From assembly GCA_019311115.1 (NCBI GenBank), contig JAFDDB010000005.1:1-63511 (forward strand): DNA of 63,511 nucleotides, in the 5' to 3' direction. A program made the position numbers and the translations under genes. Under the pieces are notes generated by a model that was given only the letters and a program-made list of their open reading frames with translations, did no database searches and was not told where the DNA came from. Positions 47,031 through 56,644 of the stretch are shown one piece after another. The stretch's first letter is position 1, and each line of letters opens with the position of its first letter. This stretch comes from Deltaproteobacteria bacterium (GTDB lineage Bacteria; Myxococcota_A; UBA9160; SZUA-336).

Positions 47031-47912
47031 TCAAGATCCGAGAAACCCCTGCACCAACTCCAGAACCCGATCGAGCTGATCGTGGTGCACCCAGTGTCCG
47101 GCGTCCTCGACCACCTCGATCTGCGCGTCCTGGAACACGTCCGCGCGGCCGTCCTTCTCGTAGTCCCCGGCAAAGCTCTCGGTGCCGCGGATCAACAAGG
47201 TCGGACAGGTGATCCGCGCCCACAGCGAGTGCGCCTCGCGCAGGTTGAACGAGTACGGCGAGTGCGCGCGCGTGTAGTTGTCGAACTTCCAGCTGTAGGT
47301 GCCGTCCTCGTTCTGGTTGACGCCGTGCGCGGTCAGGTGCCGCGCCCACTCCTCGGACAGGTGCGGATTCTCGGCCTGCATGCGCGCGAAGGCCTGTTCC
47401 AGCGAGTCGTAGCGGCGGGGCGCGCGGCCCGAGATGGTGCGGCCGGCCTCGATCCACTCGCGCATGCGCTCCTCGACCGGCTTGCCGCCGCGCATCTCGA
47501 TGAACTTCGGCGACGGTCCGAGCCCCTCGATCGAGACCAGCCTGCAGACGTTCTCGGGGTAGATGCCGGCGTACTGCAGGCTGATCGACCCACCCAGCGA
47601 GTGCCCGACCACCGTGACGGGAAAGCGGTCCTGCTGGTGGAGAAGCTGCGCGATGTCGTAGACGTAGTCGATCATCGCGTAGTTCGAGCCGATCACCCAC
47701 TGCGAGTCGCCGTGGCCGCGCAGGTCCGGAGCGATCACGTGGTAGTGCTCGCGCAGCACGCGGGCCATCCAGTCCCAGTTGCGGCAGTGGTCGCGGGTGC
47801 CGTGGATGAGGATCATGAGGGGAGCGTCGGGGTTCCCCCAGTCCACGTAGTGCAGCCGCAACCTCTGCGAGAAGTAGTTGTGGGACGTGGGTCCGTGCAG
47901 GTCTGTCTCCAT
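47031..47912 (-). CDS. alpha/beta hydrolase
   Basis: HGTRDH, DLRGHGDS, GHSLGG and AGHWVHHD motifs. Confidence 0.93.
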   Translation of the reverse strand: METDLHGPTSHNYFSQRLRLHYVDWGNPDAPLMILIHGTRDHCRNWDWMARVLREHYHVIAPDLRGHGDSQWVIGSNYAMIDYVYDIAQLLHQQDRFPVTVVGHSLGGSISLQYAGIYPENVCRLVSIEGLGPSPKFIEMRGGKPVEERMREWIEAGRTISGRAPRRYDSLEQAFARMQAENPHLSEEWARHLTAHGVNQNEDGTYSWKFDNYTRAHSPYSFNLREAHSLWARITCPTLLIRGTESFAGDYEKDGRADVFQDAQIEVVEDAGHWVHHDQLDRVLELVQGFLGS

Positions 47913-47979
47913 GGGCCGAGAGTAACGGACTTGGCCGCGTTGGTGATTTCGACTACAAGAGAGCGCAGGGAGACAGCGC

Positions 47980-49368
47980 ATGAGTGATGCGGGGCGGCTC
48001 GGCCGCGAGGAACTCGAACAGGCCATTCGAAGCGGCGAGATCGACACGGTGATCACGGCCTTTCCGGACCTGTACGGCCGGCTGATCGGAAAGCGCATCA
48101 CGGGCAGCTTCTTCCTCGACGAGGTCGCCGACCATGGCATGCACGTCTGCGACTACCTGCTGGCCTGCGACATGGAGATGGACCCGGTTCCCGGCTACGG
48201 CTTCACGTCCTGGGAGACGGGCTATGGCGACATGCACTGCCAGCCCGACTGGTCCACCGCGCGCCGCGCCGCCTGGCTCCCGCAGACCGCGATCGTGATC
48301 TGTGACTGCCTCGACGACGACGGCGGGCCGATCGGCGTCGCGCCCCGGCAGGTGCTCCAGCGCCAGACGGCGCGCGCGCTCGAGCGCGGCATCGTGGCCA
48401 AGGGCGCCTCGGAGCTCGAGTTCTTCGTCTTCGCCGAGACCTACGAGTCGGCGCACGAGAAGGGCTACGCGAACCTGAGCACCTTCGGGAACTACGTCGA
48501 GGACTACCACCTGCTGCAGAGCACCAAGGTCGAGCCGCTCGTGGGCGAGATCCGGCGGCGCGTCGCCGAGTCGGGCGTGCCGGTCGAGTTCAGCAAGGGA
48601 GAGTGGGGACCGGGGCAGCACGAGATCAACCTGCGCTACGCCGAGCTGGTCGAGATGGCCGACCGCCACACGCTCTACAAGCACGCGGCCAAGGAGATCG
48701 CCTGGGCGCAGCAGCGCAGCATCACCTTCATGGCCAAGTGGCACGCGGAGCACGCCGGGAACAGCATGCACGTGCACGCGAGTCTCTGGGACGCAGAGAC
48801 GGGAAAGAGCCTCTTTGCGGGCGACGGCGACCCGATCCCCGGCACGCGCGCGCGTCCCTCGAAGCTCTTCCGGCACTGGCTCGCCGGACAGCTCGAGCAT
48901 GCGCGCGCCATGACGCTGTTCTTCGCCCCCTACGTCAACTCGTACAAGCGCTTCGTCGCGGGCACGTTCGCGCCGACGGCGATCGGCTGGGCCTACGACA
49001 ACCGCACGGCCGGCTTCCGCGTGGTCGGCCACGGGGAGGCGCTGCGGACCGAGTGCCGCATACCCGGCGGCGATGCCAACCCGTACCTGGCGTTTGCCGT
49101 CATCCTGGCGGCGGGTCTGGACGGGATCGAGCGCGAGCTCGAGCCGCCGCCGATCTTCGAGGGCAACCTCTACACCGCAGAGGACCTGCCCCAGGTGCCG
49201 CGCACGCTCGGCGACGCGATCGCCGAGGCGGAGTCCTCCGAGTTCCTTCGCAAGGCGCTGGGGGACGACGTGCTCGAGCACTACCTCCACTTCGCGCGCA
49301 CCGAGAAGCGCAAGTTCGACGAGACGGTCACGACCTGGGAGCGCGCACGGTTTCTCGAGCGGGCGTGA
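47980..49368 (+). CDS. glutamine synthetase-family gamma-glutamyl ligase (PuuA-like)
   Basis: D..GRLIGK, ASELEFF, EWGPGQHEIN, GNSMHVH, NSYKRF, DNRT and ECRIPGGDANPY motifs. Confidence 0.93.
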   Translation: MSDAGRLGREELEQAIRSGEIDTVITAFPDLYGRLIGKRITGSFFLDEVADHGMHVCDYLLACDMEMDPVPGYGFTSWETGYGDMHCQPDWSTARRAAWLPQTAIVICDCLDDDGGPIGVAPRQVLQRQTARALERGIVAKGASELEFFVFAETYESAHEKGYANLSTFGNYVEDYHLLQSTKVEPLVGEIRRRVAESGVPVEFSKGEWGPGQHEINLRYAELVEMADRHTLYKHAAKEIAWAQQRSITFMAKWHAEHAGNSMHVHASLWDAETGKSLFAGDGDPIPGTRARPSKLFRHWLAGQLEHARAMTLFFAPYVNSYKRFVAGTFAPTAIGWAYDNRTAGFRVVGHGEALRTECRIPGGDANPYLAFAVILAAGLDGIERELEPPPIFEGNLYTAEDLPQVPRTLGDAIAEAESSEFLRKALGDDVLEHYLHFARTEKRKFDETVTTWERARFLERA

Positions 49369-50273
49369 GCTCCGGAATCGTCATCGGCGTGTACCGCGGC
49401 GGCTGCGAGGCCGTCGAGGGCGCGCGGGTGGTCGAGTTGCGGCTCGTCGGCCGTCACGCGCAGGACGAAGTGCAGCTCGCGGTCGGCGACGAGGTGACCT
49501 TCGACGCGGACAAGGGCATCGTCCTCGAGGTCGCGGAGCGCCGCACCGAGCTGAGTCGTCTGCGCCCGCAGGGGGGGCGGCGCCGGCGCGACCCCAGCGG
49601 ACGCAAGCTGATCGCGGCCAACATGGACCGCCTCGCGATCGTCTGCGCCGTGCGCGAGCCGCCGTTCCGCTCGGGGCTGGTCGACCGCTTCCTGCTGGCG
49701 GCCGTGGCGGGGGGACTCGACGCCATCCTGATCGTGAACAAGATCGACCTGCCGGGTGCCGACCCGCTGCCCGAGGAGATCCGCGCGTACGAGCGCGTCC
49801 TCCCCGTGCTGGCGGTGTCGGCATCGGAGCGCCGGGGGCTCGACGCGCTGCGCGACCAGCTCGCCGGACGCCGCACGGTCTTCGCCGGGCACAGTGGAGT
49901 GGGCAAGTCGTCGCTGCTGAACGCCTTGGAGCCACTGCTCCGGCTCGAGACCGGCGAGATGAGCCGCAAGAGCGGGAAGGGACGCCACACCACGACCCAC
50001 GCGGTCTGGCTCGAGCTCGGCAACGGTGCGGTCGCGGTCGACACGCCGGGGATTCGCGAGCTGGCGACCGGACCGGTCGATCCGGACCTGCTCGACCGCG
50101 CCTATCCGGACGTGCTCGCACCCGCCGGGGAGTGCCGCTTCCGCGACTGCCGCCACCTGCGCGAGCCCGACTGCGCGGTGCGAGCGGCGGTCGAGCGCGG
50201 CGAGGTTTCGGCCGCGCGCCTGCAGGGCTACCACAAGCTCATCGCCGAGCTGGCCGAGCTCGACGCCGACTAG
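49365..50273 (+). CDS. rsgA: ribosome small subunit-dependent GTPase A
   Basis: Circularly permuted G motifs NKID, GHSGVGKSS, GRHTT, DTPGIR; CRFRDCRH..EPDC Zn finger; GTG overlaps the upstream TGA. Confidence 0.92.
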   Translation: MSSGIVIGVYRGGCEAVEGARVVELRLVGRHAQDEVQLAVGDEVTFDADKGIVLEVAERRTELSRLRPQGGRRRRDPSGRKLIAANMDRLAIVCAVREPPFRSGLVDRFLLAAVAGGLDAILIVNKIDLPGADPLPEEIRAYERVLPVLAVSASERRGLDALRDQLAGRRTVFAGHSGVGKSSLLNALEPLLRLETGEMSRKSGKGRHTTTHAVWLELGNGAVAVDTPGIRELATGPVDPDLLDRAYPDVLAPAGECRFRDCRHLREPDCAVRAAVERGEVSAARLQGYHKLIAELAELDAD

Positions 50274-51070
50274 AGAGTGCGGCGTCCGATCAGTCCGCCT
50301 ACGCGCCGGACGAGCCAGCGCGGGTACATGCGGACGAGCGTGGTGCCGAGCGCGTTCGGCAGCCCCGGTGCCACGAGCGCGCGCCCCTTCATGCAGGCGT
50401 CGTAGCCCTCCTGCGCCACGCCGCGCGCGTCGCCGATCAGGAACTCGGGCAGCCAGTCGCCGGCCGGGCTCTCGCGCTGCGCGCGGTCGACCATCTCGGT
50501 GCGGGTGAGTCCGGGGCAGAGGGCCGTCACCGTCACGCCCGTGCCGCGCAGCTCCTCTCCGAGCGCCTCGGAGAGCGACAGCACGTACGCCTTGCTGGCC
50601 GCGTACGAGGCCAGCGAAGGCACCGGCTGGAACGACGCGATCGACGCCACGTTGAGCACGCGGCCTCGGCGGCGGCGCAGCATCGGCGGCACGAAGAGGC
50701 GGGCGAGCGAGGTCGGCACAGCCACGTTCAGCTGCACCAGCCGTTCGTGGCTGTCGAGCGGGATCTCGGCGAAGGCGCCACTCTCCGCGACGCCCGCGTT
50801 GTTCACCAGCACCTCGATCGGTGCGCCGGAGTGCGTGATCTCGTCATAGAGATCCTGCGCGGCGTTCGGCTCGGTCAGGTCGCGCGCGATGCATCGAACC
50901 GTCGTCCCGTGCTGCGCGCGGCAGCGGTCCGCGATCTCGTTCAGCTGCTCGCGGCGCCGCGCCACGATCACCAGGTCCCAGCCCTGCCGGGCGAAGATCT
51001 CGGCCAGTTCGCGCCCGATGCCCGAAGACGCACCGGTCAGGAGCACCGCACCCTGTCTCGCTTCCGCCAT
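50270..51070 (-). CDS. short-chain dehydrogenase/reductase
   Basis: TGASSGIG, NNAG and YAASK motifs. Confidence 0.93.
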   Translation of the reverse strand: MAEARQGAVLLTGASSGIGRELAEIFARQGWDLVIVARRREQLNEIADRCRAQHGTTVRCIARDLTEPNAAQDLYDEITHSGAPIEVLVNNAGVAESGAFAEIPLDSHERLVQLNVAVPTSLARLFVPPMLRRRRGRVLNVASIASFQPVPSLASYAASKAYVLSLSEALGEELRGTGVTVTALCPGLTRTEMVDRAQRESPAGDWLPEFLIGDARGVAQEGYDACMKGRALVAPGLPNALGTTLVRMYPRWLVRRVGGLIGRRTL

Positions 51071-51094
51071 CGGACGCATTCTGCCACGCCGGGC

Positions 51095-51787
51095 TCAGGT
51101 CAGATGGAAGTCCTCGGCGTAGGCCAGGGCTCCGAGCGCCGCGGCGACGGCGAGCGAGGCGCGGTTCTCCCACCACGTGCTGTACAGCGGCAGCCGCCCC
51201 GAAGCGCGCACGTGCGCCGCCCAGGCCGCGACGGCCGCCCGGGCGTGTCCGCGCCCGCGGGCAGCGGGCACCGTCTCGGCTCCGGCTTCGGCCGCCCGGA
51301 CGCCGCGCCGCGCGCAGTGGCAGACCGAGACGGTCTCTCCGCGCTCGACCACCACCACCGTGGGCGAGATGTCCGCCAGCTCAGCGGGGATCCAGTCGAA
51401 GGGTCCCGCCAGGCGCGCGGCGTTCGCCGGGGTGACGAGCTCGGCGCGCGACGTGTCGTCACTCGCTTCGAGCAGCAGGAAGGCCGGCCCCCGGTACTCC
51501 CGCTCCCAGGAGCCGAGTGCGTCGCCCAACGTCGCGGCCGGGGCGGGTGGCGGCGCGGATTCCGCGAGCCGTGCGAGGGGTGGCTCGCGCGCCGCGATCG
51601 ACCCGAGCTCGGCCACCAGCACGTCGGGGATGTCGGCGCGCGCGTGGAAGCGGTTCCCCTCGGTCGTGCGGCCCAGGAAGAGCTGCGCGGCCTTCGGCGC
51701 ACCGGCGGGGGACCTGATCCGGCCACGCGTGTCGAGATCGAAGAGCGTCGCGACCTGGATCTCGAGCAGCTCGAGCGGCCGCAGCAA
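51095..51787 (-). CDS. GNAT family N-acetyltransferase
   Basis: ETVPAARGRGHA acetyl-CoA motif; LYSTWWENRASLAVA. Confidence 0.82.
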   Translation of the reverse strand: MLRPLELLEIQVATLFDLDTRGRIRSPAGAPKAAQLFLGRTTEGNRFHARADIPDVLVAELGSIAAREPPLARLAESAPPPAPAATLGDALGSWEREYRGPAFLLLEASDDTSRAELVTPANAARLAGPFDWIPAELADISPTVVVVERGETVSVCHCARRGVRAAEAGAETVPAARGRGHARAAVAAWAAHVRASGRLPLYSTWWENRASLAVAAALGALAYAEDFHLT

Positions 51788-51799
51788 ATGCAGCGCCGC

Positions 51800-52537
51800 C
51801 TACGCGGCGGGAGGGGACACTGCGAGGTGTCGCTGCAGGAACGCTTCGGACGCGTCGAACTCCTCGAATGGCACGTCGACGTGCTTTCCCGGGTTCGCGT
51901 GCAGGCGCTTGTCCGGCGAGGCGATGCGGTCGAAGAGGTGCTGTGCGCTCGCGCGCTCGACCAACTCGTCGTGCCACTGCAACAGGAACAGGACGGGGCA
52001 GTGCACGCGGGCTGCATCTTCTTCGAGGCGGTCGCCCGTCGGGCCCATCACTCCCATCAACCCCAGCACGGCGACGCAGACGCGCGGCTCGGCAGCGACG
52101 AACGGAAGCCCGAAGATCGTGCCCATCGAGAGGCCCCAGTAGCCCACCGGCGCGACCCCGACCCCGTCGAGCTTCTGGAGCGCGTCGATGGTGGCCTTCC
52201 AGTCCTCGATCATCTCGTCGGTGTGGCGCTTCCTCCACCACCGGCGGCGCGCCTCCTCGATCGATGCGCCCATGTCGTCGGGTGCGCGGTCGCCGTGCGC
52301 GGGCCCGTCGATTGCCGTGGCGGCGTAGCCCAGGTGCCGCACCACGCGGCGCGCCATGCTGGTGATGTAGTCTTGGCGCTTGTGGCCGCTGCCGCCGTGG
52401 CCCAGCAGGACGAGCGGCCGCGGGCCGATCGCGTCCTCGGGCATCCAGAGCACGCCCGGAACGTCGCGGGCGCCGGCGCGGAGCACATAGCCGCGCTCCG
52501 AGACGCCCCGTGCTGAGACCGCTTCACCGATGAACAT
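51800..52537 (-). CDS. alpha/beta hydrolase (dienelactone hydrolase-like)
   Basis: GHGGSGHK, DGPAHG, WGLSMG and NPGKH motifs. Start re-assigned. Confidence 0.87.
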   Translation of the reverse strand: MFIGEAVSARGVSERGYVLRAGARDVPGVLWMPEDAIGPRPLVLLGHGGSGHKRQDYITSMARRVVRHLGYAATAIDGPAHGDRAPDDMGASIEEARRRWWRKRHTDEMIEDWKATIDALQKLDGVGVAPVGYWGLSMGTIFGLPFVAAEPRVCVAVLGLMGVMGPTGDRLEEDAARVHCPVLFLLQWHDELVERASAQHLFDRIASPDKRLHANPGKHVDVPFEEFDASEAFLQRHLAVSPPAA

Positions 52538-52573
52538 GCCCGCGAGTCTACCACCCTGTGGCACCATGCCGGG

Positions 52574-53509
52574 ATGGAACTCCGTGAGATCGCGACGAAC
52601 GTCTACGCGTGCCTGCAGGAAGACCGCGGGCTCGGCTTCTCGAACTCGGGCCTGGTCAACCAGGCCGGCGGCCTGGTGATCGACACGTTCTGGGACCTGC
52701 CGCACACGCGCGAGATGATCGCGCAGTACGGCCGGGTCTGGTCCACGCCCGCGCGCCGCGTGGTCAACACGCACCACAACGGCGACCACTGCTGGGGAAA
52801 CCAACTCTTCGAGGACGCGGAGATCATCGCGCACCGACTCTGCGCGGAGCGCTTTGCGTCCGAGAACCCGGCCGGCATGCTCGCGCTGTCGCGCCAGGCA
52901 GAGAACGCGAATCCCGCGGTCGCCTCGCTGGCCCGGAGACTCGGGGAGTGGGACTTCGAGGGCATCGACCTGACGCCCCCGACCACGCTGGTCGAGGACC
53001 GCATGACGCTCGACCTGGAAGGCGTGGCGACGGAGCTGATTCACGTCGGACCCGCGCACACCGACGGCGACCTGATCGTGCACCTTCCGGAACACCGCGT
53101 GGTGTTCACCGGAGACGTGCTGTTCCGGCTCTGCACGCCGATCGGCTGGGAGGGCACGTACCAGCGCTGGATCGAGGCGCTCGACTTCATCGTCGGGCTC
53201 GAGCCCGAGGTCGTCGTGCCGGGACACGGCCCGATCTGCGGGATCGAGGGGCCGATCGAGATGAAGGAGTACCTGATCTTCGCCCGCGCCGAGGCCGCGC
53301 GGCACTTCGAGAACGGCCTGACGGCGCTCGAGGCGGCCAAGAAGATCGACCTGGGACCGTACGCGGGCTGGACGGAGCCGTCGCGGCTGATCTTCCAGGT
53401 CGAGCGCGCCTACCGCGAGTTCCGCGGCGAGCCGTACGACGCGCCCATCGACGTGACGGCGTCGTTCGCCGCCATGTACGAGCTCGAGCAGAGCTGGCAG
53501 GCGAGTTGA
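52574..53509 (+). CDS. MBL-fold metallo-hydrolase (cyclase-like)
   Basis: NTHHNGDHCWGN, AHTDGD, TGD and VPGHG motifs. Confidence 0.92.
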   Translation: MELREIATNVYACLQEDRGLGFSNSGLVNQAGGLVIDTFWDLPHTREMIAQYGRVWSTPARRVVNTHHNGDHCWGNQLFEDAEIIAHRLCAERFASENPAGMLALSRQAENANPAVASLARRLGEWDFEGIDLTPPTTLVEDRMTLDLEGVATELIHVGPAHTDGDLIVHLPEHRVVFTGDVLFRLCTPIGWEGTYQRWIEALDFIVGLEPEVVVPGHGPICGIEGPIEMKEYLIFARAEAARHFENGLTALEAAKKIDLGPYAGWTEPSRLIFQVERAYREFRGEPYDAPIDVTASFAAMYELEQSWQAS

Positions 53510-54702
53510 CGCTCGCGATCGTCGGCGTCCGCGTCTGGGACGGCAGCTCGGACCGGCTCTCCGATCCGTGCACCATCCGCGTCGAGGGCTCGCGGATCGC
53601 CGCGATCGGACCGGTCGGCGACGGGTCGACGCTTCTCGAAGGCGCCGAGGTCGTGGAGCCCGGGCCGGGCTGCGTCGCGCTCCCCGGCCTGATCGACGGG
53701 CACGTGCACCTGACGCTCGATCCCCAGGAGCGCGACGCGGCGGCGCAGGTGGCGCGCTCGCCGGAGGACACCGCGAAGGCGGCGGCGGAGCGCGCGGCTG
53801 CGATGGTGCGAGCCGGAATCACCACCGCGCGCGACCTGGGCGGGGGCCCCGGGCACCTGGAGTTGACTCTCCGCGACCGGATCGCGAGCGGCGAGGTCGC
53901 CGGACCGCGGCTGCTCTGTGCCGGTCAGCCGCTGACGAGCCCCGGTGGGCACTGCCACTTCTGGGGTGGAGAGGTTGAGGGCGACGACGAGATCCGCGCG
54001 TTCGTCGCCAAGCAACGCGACGCCGGCGTGGACTGGATCAAGATCATGGCCACGGGCGGCGTGCTCACGAAGGGAACGCGTCCGGGCGAGCCACAGTTCG
54101 AGCAGGCGCGGATCGAGACCGCCTGCGATGCCGCGCGGCTCGCAGGACGCCGCATCGCGGCGCACTGCCACGCGACCGAGGGGATCCGCCGGGCCGTGCG
54201 AGCGGGGGTTGACAGCGTCGAGCACTGCTCGTGGTCGGGTGCAAAGGGCTTCGGCTCCGACGTGGACGAGGCGCTGGCCAGCGAGATCGGCGAGCGCGGC
54301 ACCTGGATCTCGCCGACGGTAAACGCCGGTTGGAAGCGCTTCATCGAGGACAAGGAAGGCGTCGAGACGGAGTTCTTCTCGAACATGCGCCGGGCCTTCG
54401 AGGCGCTGCGCGGCGCGGGCGCGCGGCTGATCGTGTCGACGGATGCCGGAATCCCGAACGTGGCGCACGACGCGCTGCCCCGCGCGCTGCCAATCTTCGC
54501 GCGGTTCACCGGGCTGTCGCCGGTCGAGGTGCTGCGCTGCGCAACGTCGGCAGCAGCGGCGGCACTCGGAGTGGACGACCGGACGGGAAGACTCGAGCCG
54601 GGTCTCGAGGCCGACGTGCTCGTCGTCCAGGGCGATCCGCTCACGAACCTGTCGGCACTCGAGCGCCCCGTACTGGTGCTGGCCCGCGGCGTCCGCGCCT
54701 AG
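53506..54702 (+). CDS. amidohydrolase (Xaa-Pro dipeptidase-like)
   Basis: PGLIDGHVHL, GITTARDLG, IKIMATGG, AHCH, EHC and STDAG motifs; TTG overlaps the upstream TGA. Confidence 0.9.
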   Translation: MTLAIVGVRVWDGSSDRLSDPCTIRVEGSRIAAIGPVGDGSTLLEGAEVVEPGPGCVALPGLIDGHVHLTLDPQERDAAAQVARSPEDTAKAAAERAAAMVRAGITTARDLGGGPGHLELTLRDRIASGEVAGPRLLCAGQPLTSPGGHCHFWGGEVEGDDEIRAFVAKQRDAGVDWIKIMATGGVLTKGTRPGEPQFEQARIETACDAARLAGRRIAAHCHATEGIRRAVRAGVDSVEHCSWSGAKGFGSDVDEALASEIGERGTWISPTVNAGWKRFIEDKEGVETEFFSNMRRAFEALRGAGARLIVSTDAGIPNVAHDALPRALPIFARFTGLSPVEVLRCATSAAAAALGVDDRTGRLEPGLEADVLVVQGDPLTNLSALERPVLVLARGVRA

Positions 54703-54883
54703 CCCCGATCCGAGATCAGTGGGTGGGCGCGGCAGATGGTGGGCGGCGTACGGCTGGGAGCCCTGCTCGGCGCCGGGGTGGCGTGTCTCCGCTTCCTTCC
54801 CCCGAGGCCGCGCCGGATTCGGCCCGAGAGGGGTCGACCCGGGCGCAGTCCGGATCCTCGGGGGCGTTGATCTCACTTCGGGG
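54703..54883. mobile_element. MITE-like non-coding element with 16-bp imperfect terminal inverted repeats, flanked by CTAG on both sides
   Basis: Left CCCCGATCCGAGATCA versus reverse-complemented right CCCCGAAGTGAGATCA (13/16); CTAG at 54699-54702 and 54884-54887; internal hairpin. Confidence 0.6.
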
Positions 54884-54891
54884 CTAGCGGC

Positions 54892-55638
54892 CTAGCGGAG
54901 GTACGTGCGCCAGATGTGCAGGATCTCGAGTACCGCGCGGGCGAAGTCGCTCGCGTGGAGCTTCGAGCCCGCCACGTCGCGCCACTCTTCGAGCGGGTAC
55001 TCGTAGATCGACTCTGCGACGTCCGCGCCGTGAGTGAGTCGCCGGGCCTGGATCAGGCGCGCGATGATCTCGACGTCGAAGACCCAGGTCGTCGTGAACG
55101 GATCCGCGAACAGTGCCTGGATCTCGGGCGTGGCCCGGAACAGCTTGGCGCCGCACTGTGTGTCGTAGATGCCCAGGCGCAGCATCACCGAGACCACCGT
55201 CGCGAAGACCCGTCCCAGGTAGTGGCGCGCCATCTTCCGCTCGATGGAGCGCCCGAGCAGCTTGACCCGCGAGCCGAACACCATGTCGATCCCGGGCTTC
55301 GCGTCGAGCACGCCTCGAAGCTGCGGGATGGCGGCGAGCGGCGTCGCGAGGTCCGCGTCCCAGAAACCGACACAGCCCACGCCCTCGCCGAAGCTCGCCG
55401 AGATTCCGCGGCGCACGGCTTCGGCCTTGCCGCGGTTCGGATCCAGGTCGAGGACCGAGAAGCGCGACGGGTGGCGCGACTCGAGGAGGCGTAGCCGCTC
55501 GAGCGTGTCGTCGCTGCTGCCGTCGTTGACGAGCTTGAAGTCGATGTCGTCGTGACGTTCGACGAACTCCGCGAGCGCGTCGGGGTCGAGGCGGCGGGCT
55601 TCGTTGTAGCAGGGGACGACGATGACCGTCCGGCTCAC
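54892..55638 (-). CDS. glycosyltransferase family 2 (Dol-P-Glc/Man synthase-like)
   Basis: VPCYNE, NDGSSD, NRGK, DADL, DTQCGAK and FDVE motifs. Confidence 0.93.
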   Translation of the reverse strand: MSRTVIVVPCYNEARRLDPDALAEFVERHDDIDFKLVNDGSSDDTLERLRLLESRHPSRFSVLDLDPNRGKAEAVRRGISASFGEGVGCVGFWDADLATPLAAIPQLRGVLDAKPGIDMVFGSRVKLLGRSIERKMARHYLGRVFATVVSVMLRLGIYDTQCGAKLFRATPEIQALFADPFTTTWVFDVEIIARLIQARRLTHGADVAESIYEYPLEEWRDVAGSKLHASDFARAVLEILHIWRTYLR

Positions 55639-55678
55639 GGGCTCTCCTTCCTGCTGGCGACGGGGGACACGGCTTCCC

Positions 55679-56581
55679 TCAGCGCTTTTCTGCGGACTCT
55701 TTTCGAGGCGTGTTGACCCGGCGCATCAGACCTTCTTGCGCGACCGACGCGACCAGCCGGCCCTCGCGCGAGAAGATCGTGCCGCGTGCGAAGCCGCGCG
55801 CGCCCGAGGCGGCCGGCGAGTCCTGCGCGTAGAGCAGCCACTCGTCGGCGCGGCTCGTGCGGTGGAACCAGACGGCGTGGTCGAGACTCGCCGTCATCAC
55901 GTTGCGCTCCGGCCAGCCGCGTCCGTGGCGCCGCACCGCGTTGTCGAGCAGCGACATGTCGGACGCGTAGGTGATCAGGCACTGGTGCAGGCGCGGGTCT
56001 TCGGGGAGCGTGCCGTTCGTGCGGAACCAGACCAGGTTCGGTCCCGGATCCGGGTCGGCCTCGCCGCCCATCATGCTCATCGCGCGGCTGGAGCGCAGGT
56101 CGATGGCGCGCTCGCGCTGCATCCACGTGCGCATCTCTTCGGGGACCTTGCTGCCGAGCGAGGCGAAGCGCTCCTGCCAGGTCGGCAGCGTCTCGGGGTC
56201 GGGAGCGTCGGGCATCTCGTCCTGGTGCTCGAAGCCCTCCTCGGGCTTGTGGAACGACACCGACATGTTGAAGATCGCGCGGCCCCGCTGCAGCGCGACG
56301 GTGCGCCGGGTGGTGAACGAGCTGCCGTCGCGGATCGGGTCGACCGTGTAGATGACGGGAACTTCCGGGTCGCCGGGCCGCAGGAAGTAGGCGTGCAGCG
56401 AGTGGGCGAGCCGCCCCTCCACCGTGCGGCCGGCAGCCGCCAGCGCCTGCGCCGCGACCTGCCCGCCGAATAGCCGCCCCCAGCCGGGGCGCTCGTTGCG
56501 GCCGCGGAAGAGGTTGACGTCGAGCTCTTCCAGGTCGAGCAGCGAGATCAGCTCGCGCAGCGGCGCGTTGGGTTCGGTCAC
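55679..56581 (-). CDS. tesB: acyl-CoA thioesterase II
   Basis: LFGGQVAAQAL, HSLHAYFLRPG, RDGSSF, YASD, SLDHAVWFH and QEGL motifs. Confidence 0.92.
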   Translation of the reverse strand: MTEPNAPLRELISLLDLEELDVNLFRGRNERPGWGRLFGGQVAAQALAAAGRTVEGRLAHSLHAYFLRPGDPEVPVIYTVDPIRDGSSFTTRRTVALQRGRAIFNMSVSFHKPEEGFEHQDEMPDAPDPETLPTWQERFASLGSKVPEEMRTWMQRERAIDLRSSRAMSMMGGEADPDPGPNLVWFRTNGTLPEDPRLHQCLITYASDMSLLDNAVRRHGRGWPERNVMTASLDHAVWFHRTSRADEWLLYAQDSPAASGARGFARGTIFSREGRLVASVAQEGLMRRVNTPRKESAEKR

Positions 56582-56644
56582 GTGGGATCCTCGCCTTGCC
56601 TCGGGTGCGGCTCGGGTTCGCGGGGTCAGGTAGCATAGGGCGTG

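Noticed and set aside
47980-50273. Functional link between the GS-like ligase and rsgA
   Set aside because: Only a 4-bp overlap supports it, and such overlaps between unrelated genes are common throughout this window.
54699-54887. 6S RNA
   Set aside because: Length and end-pairing fit, but I could not recognise the central bubble or conserved 6S motifs. The CTAG flanks favour a MITE.
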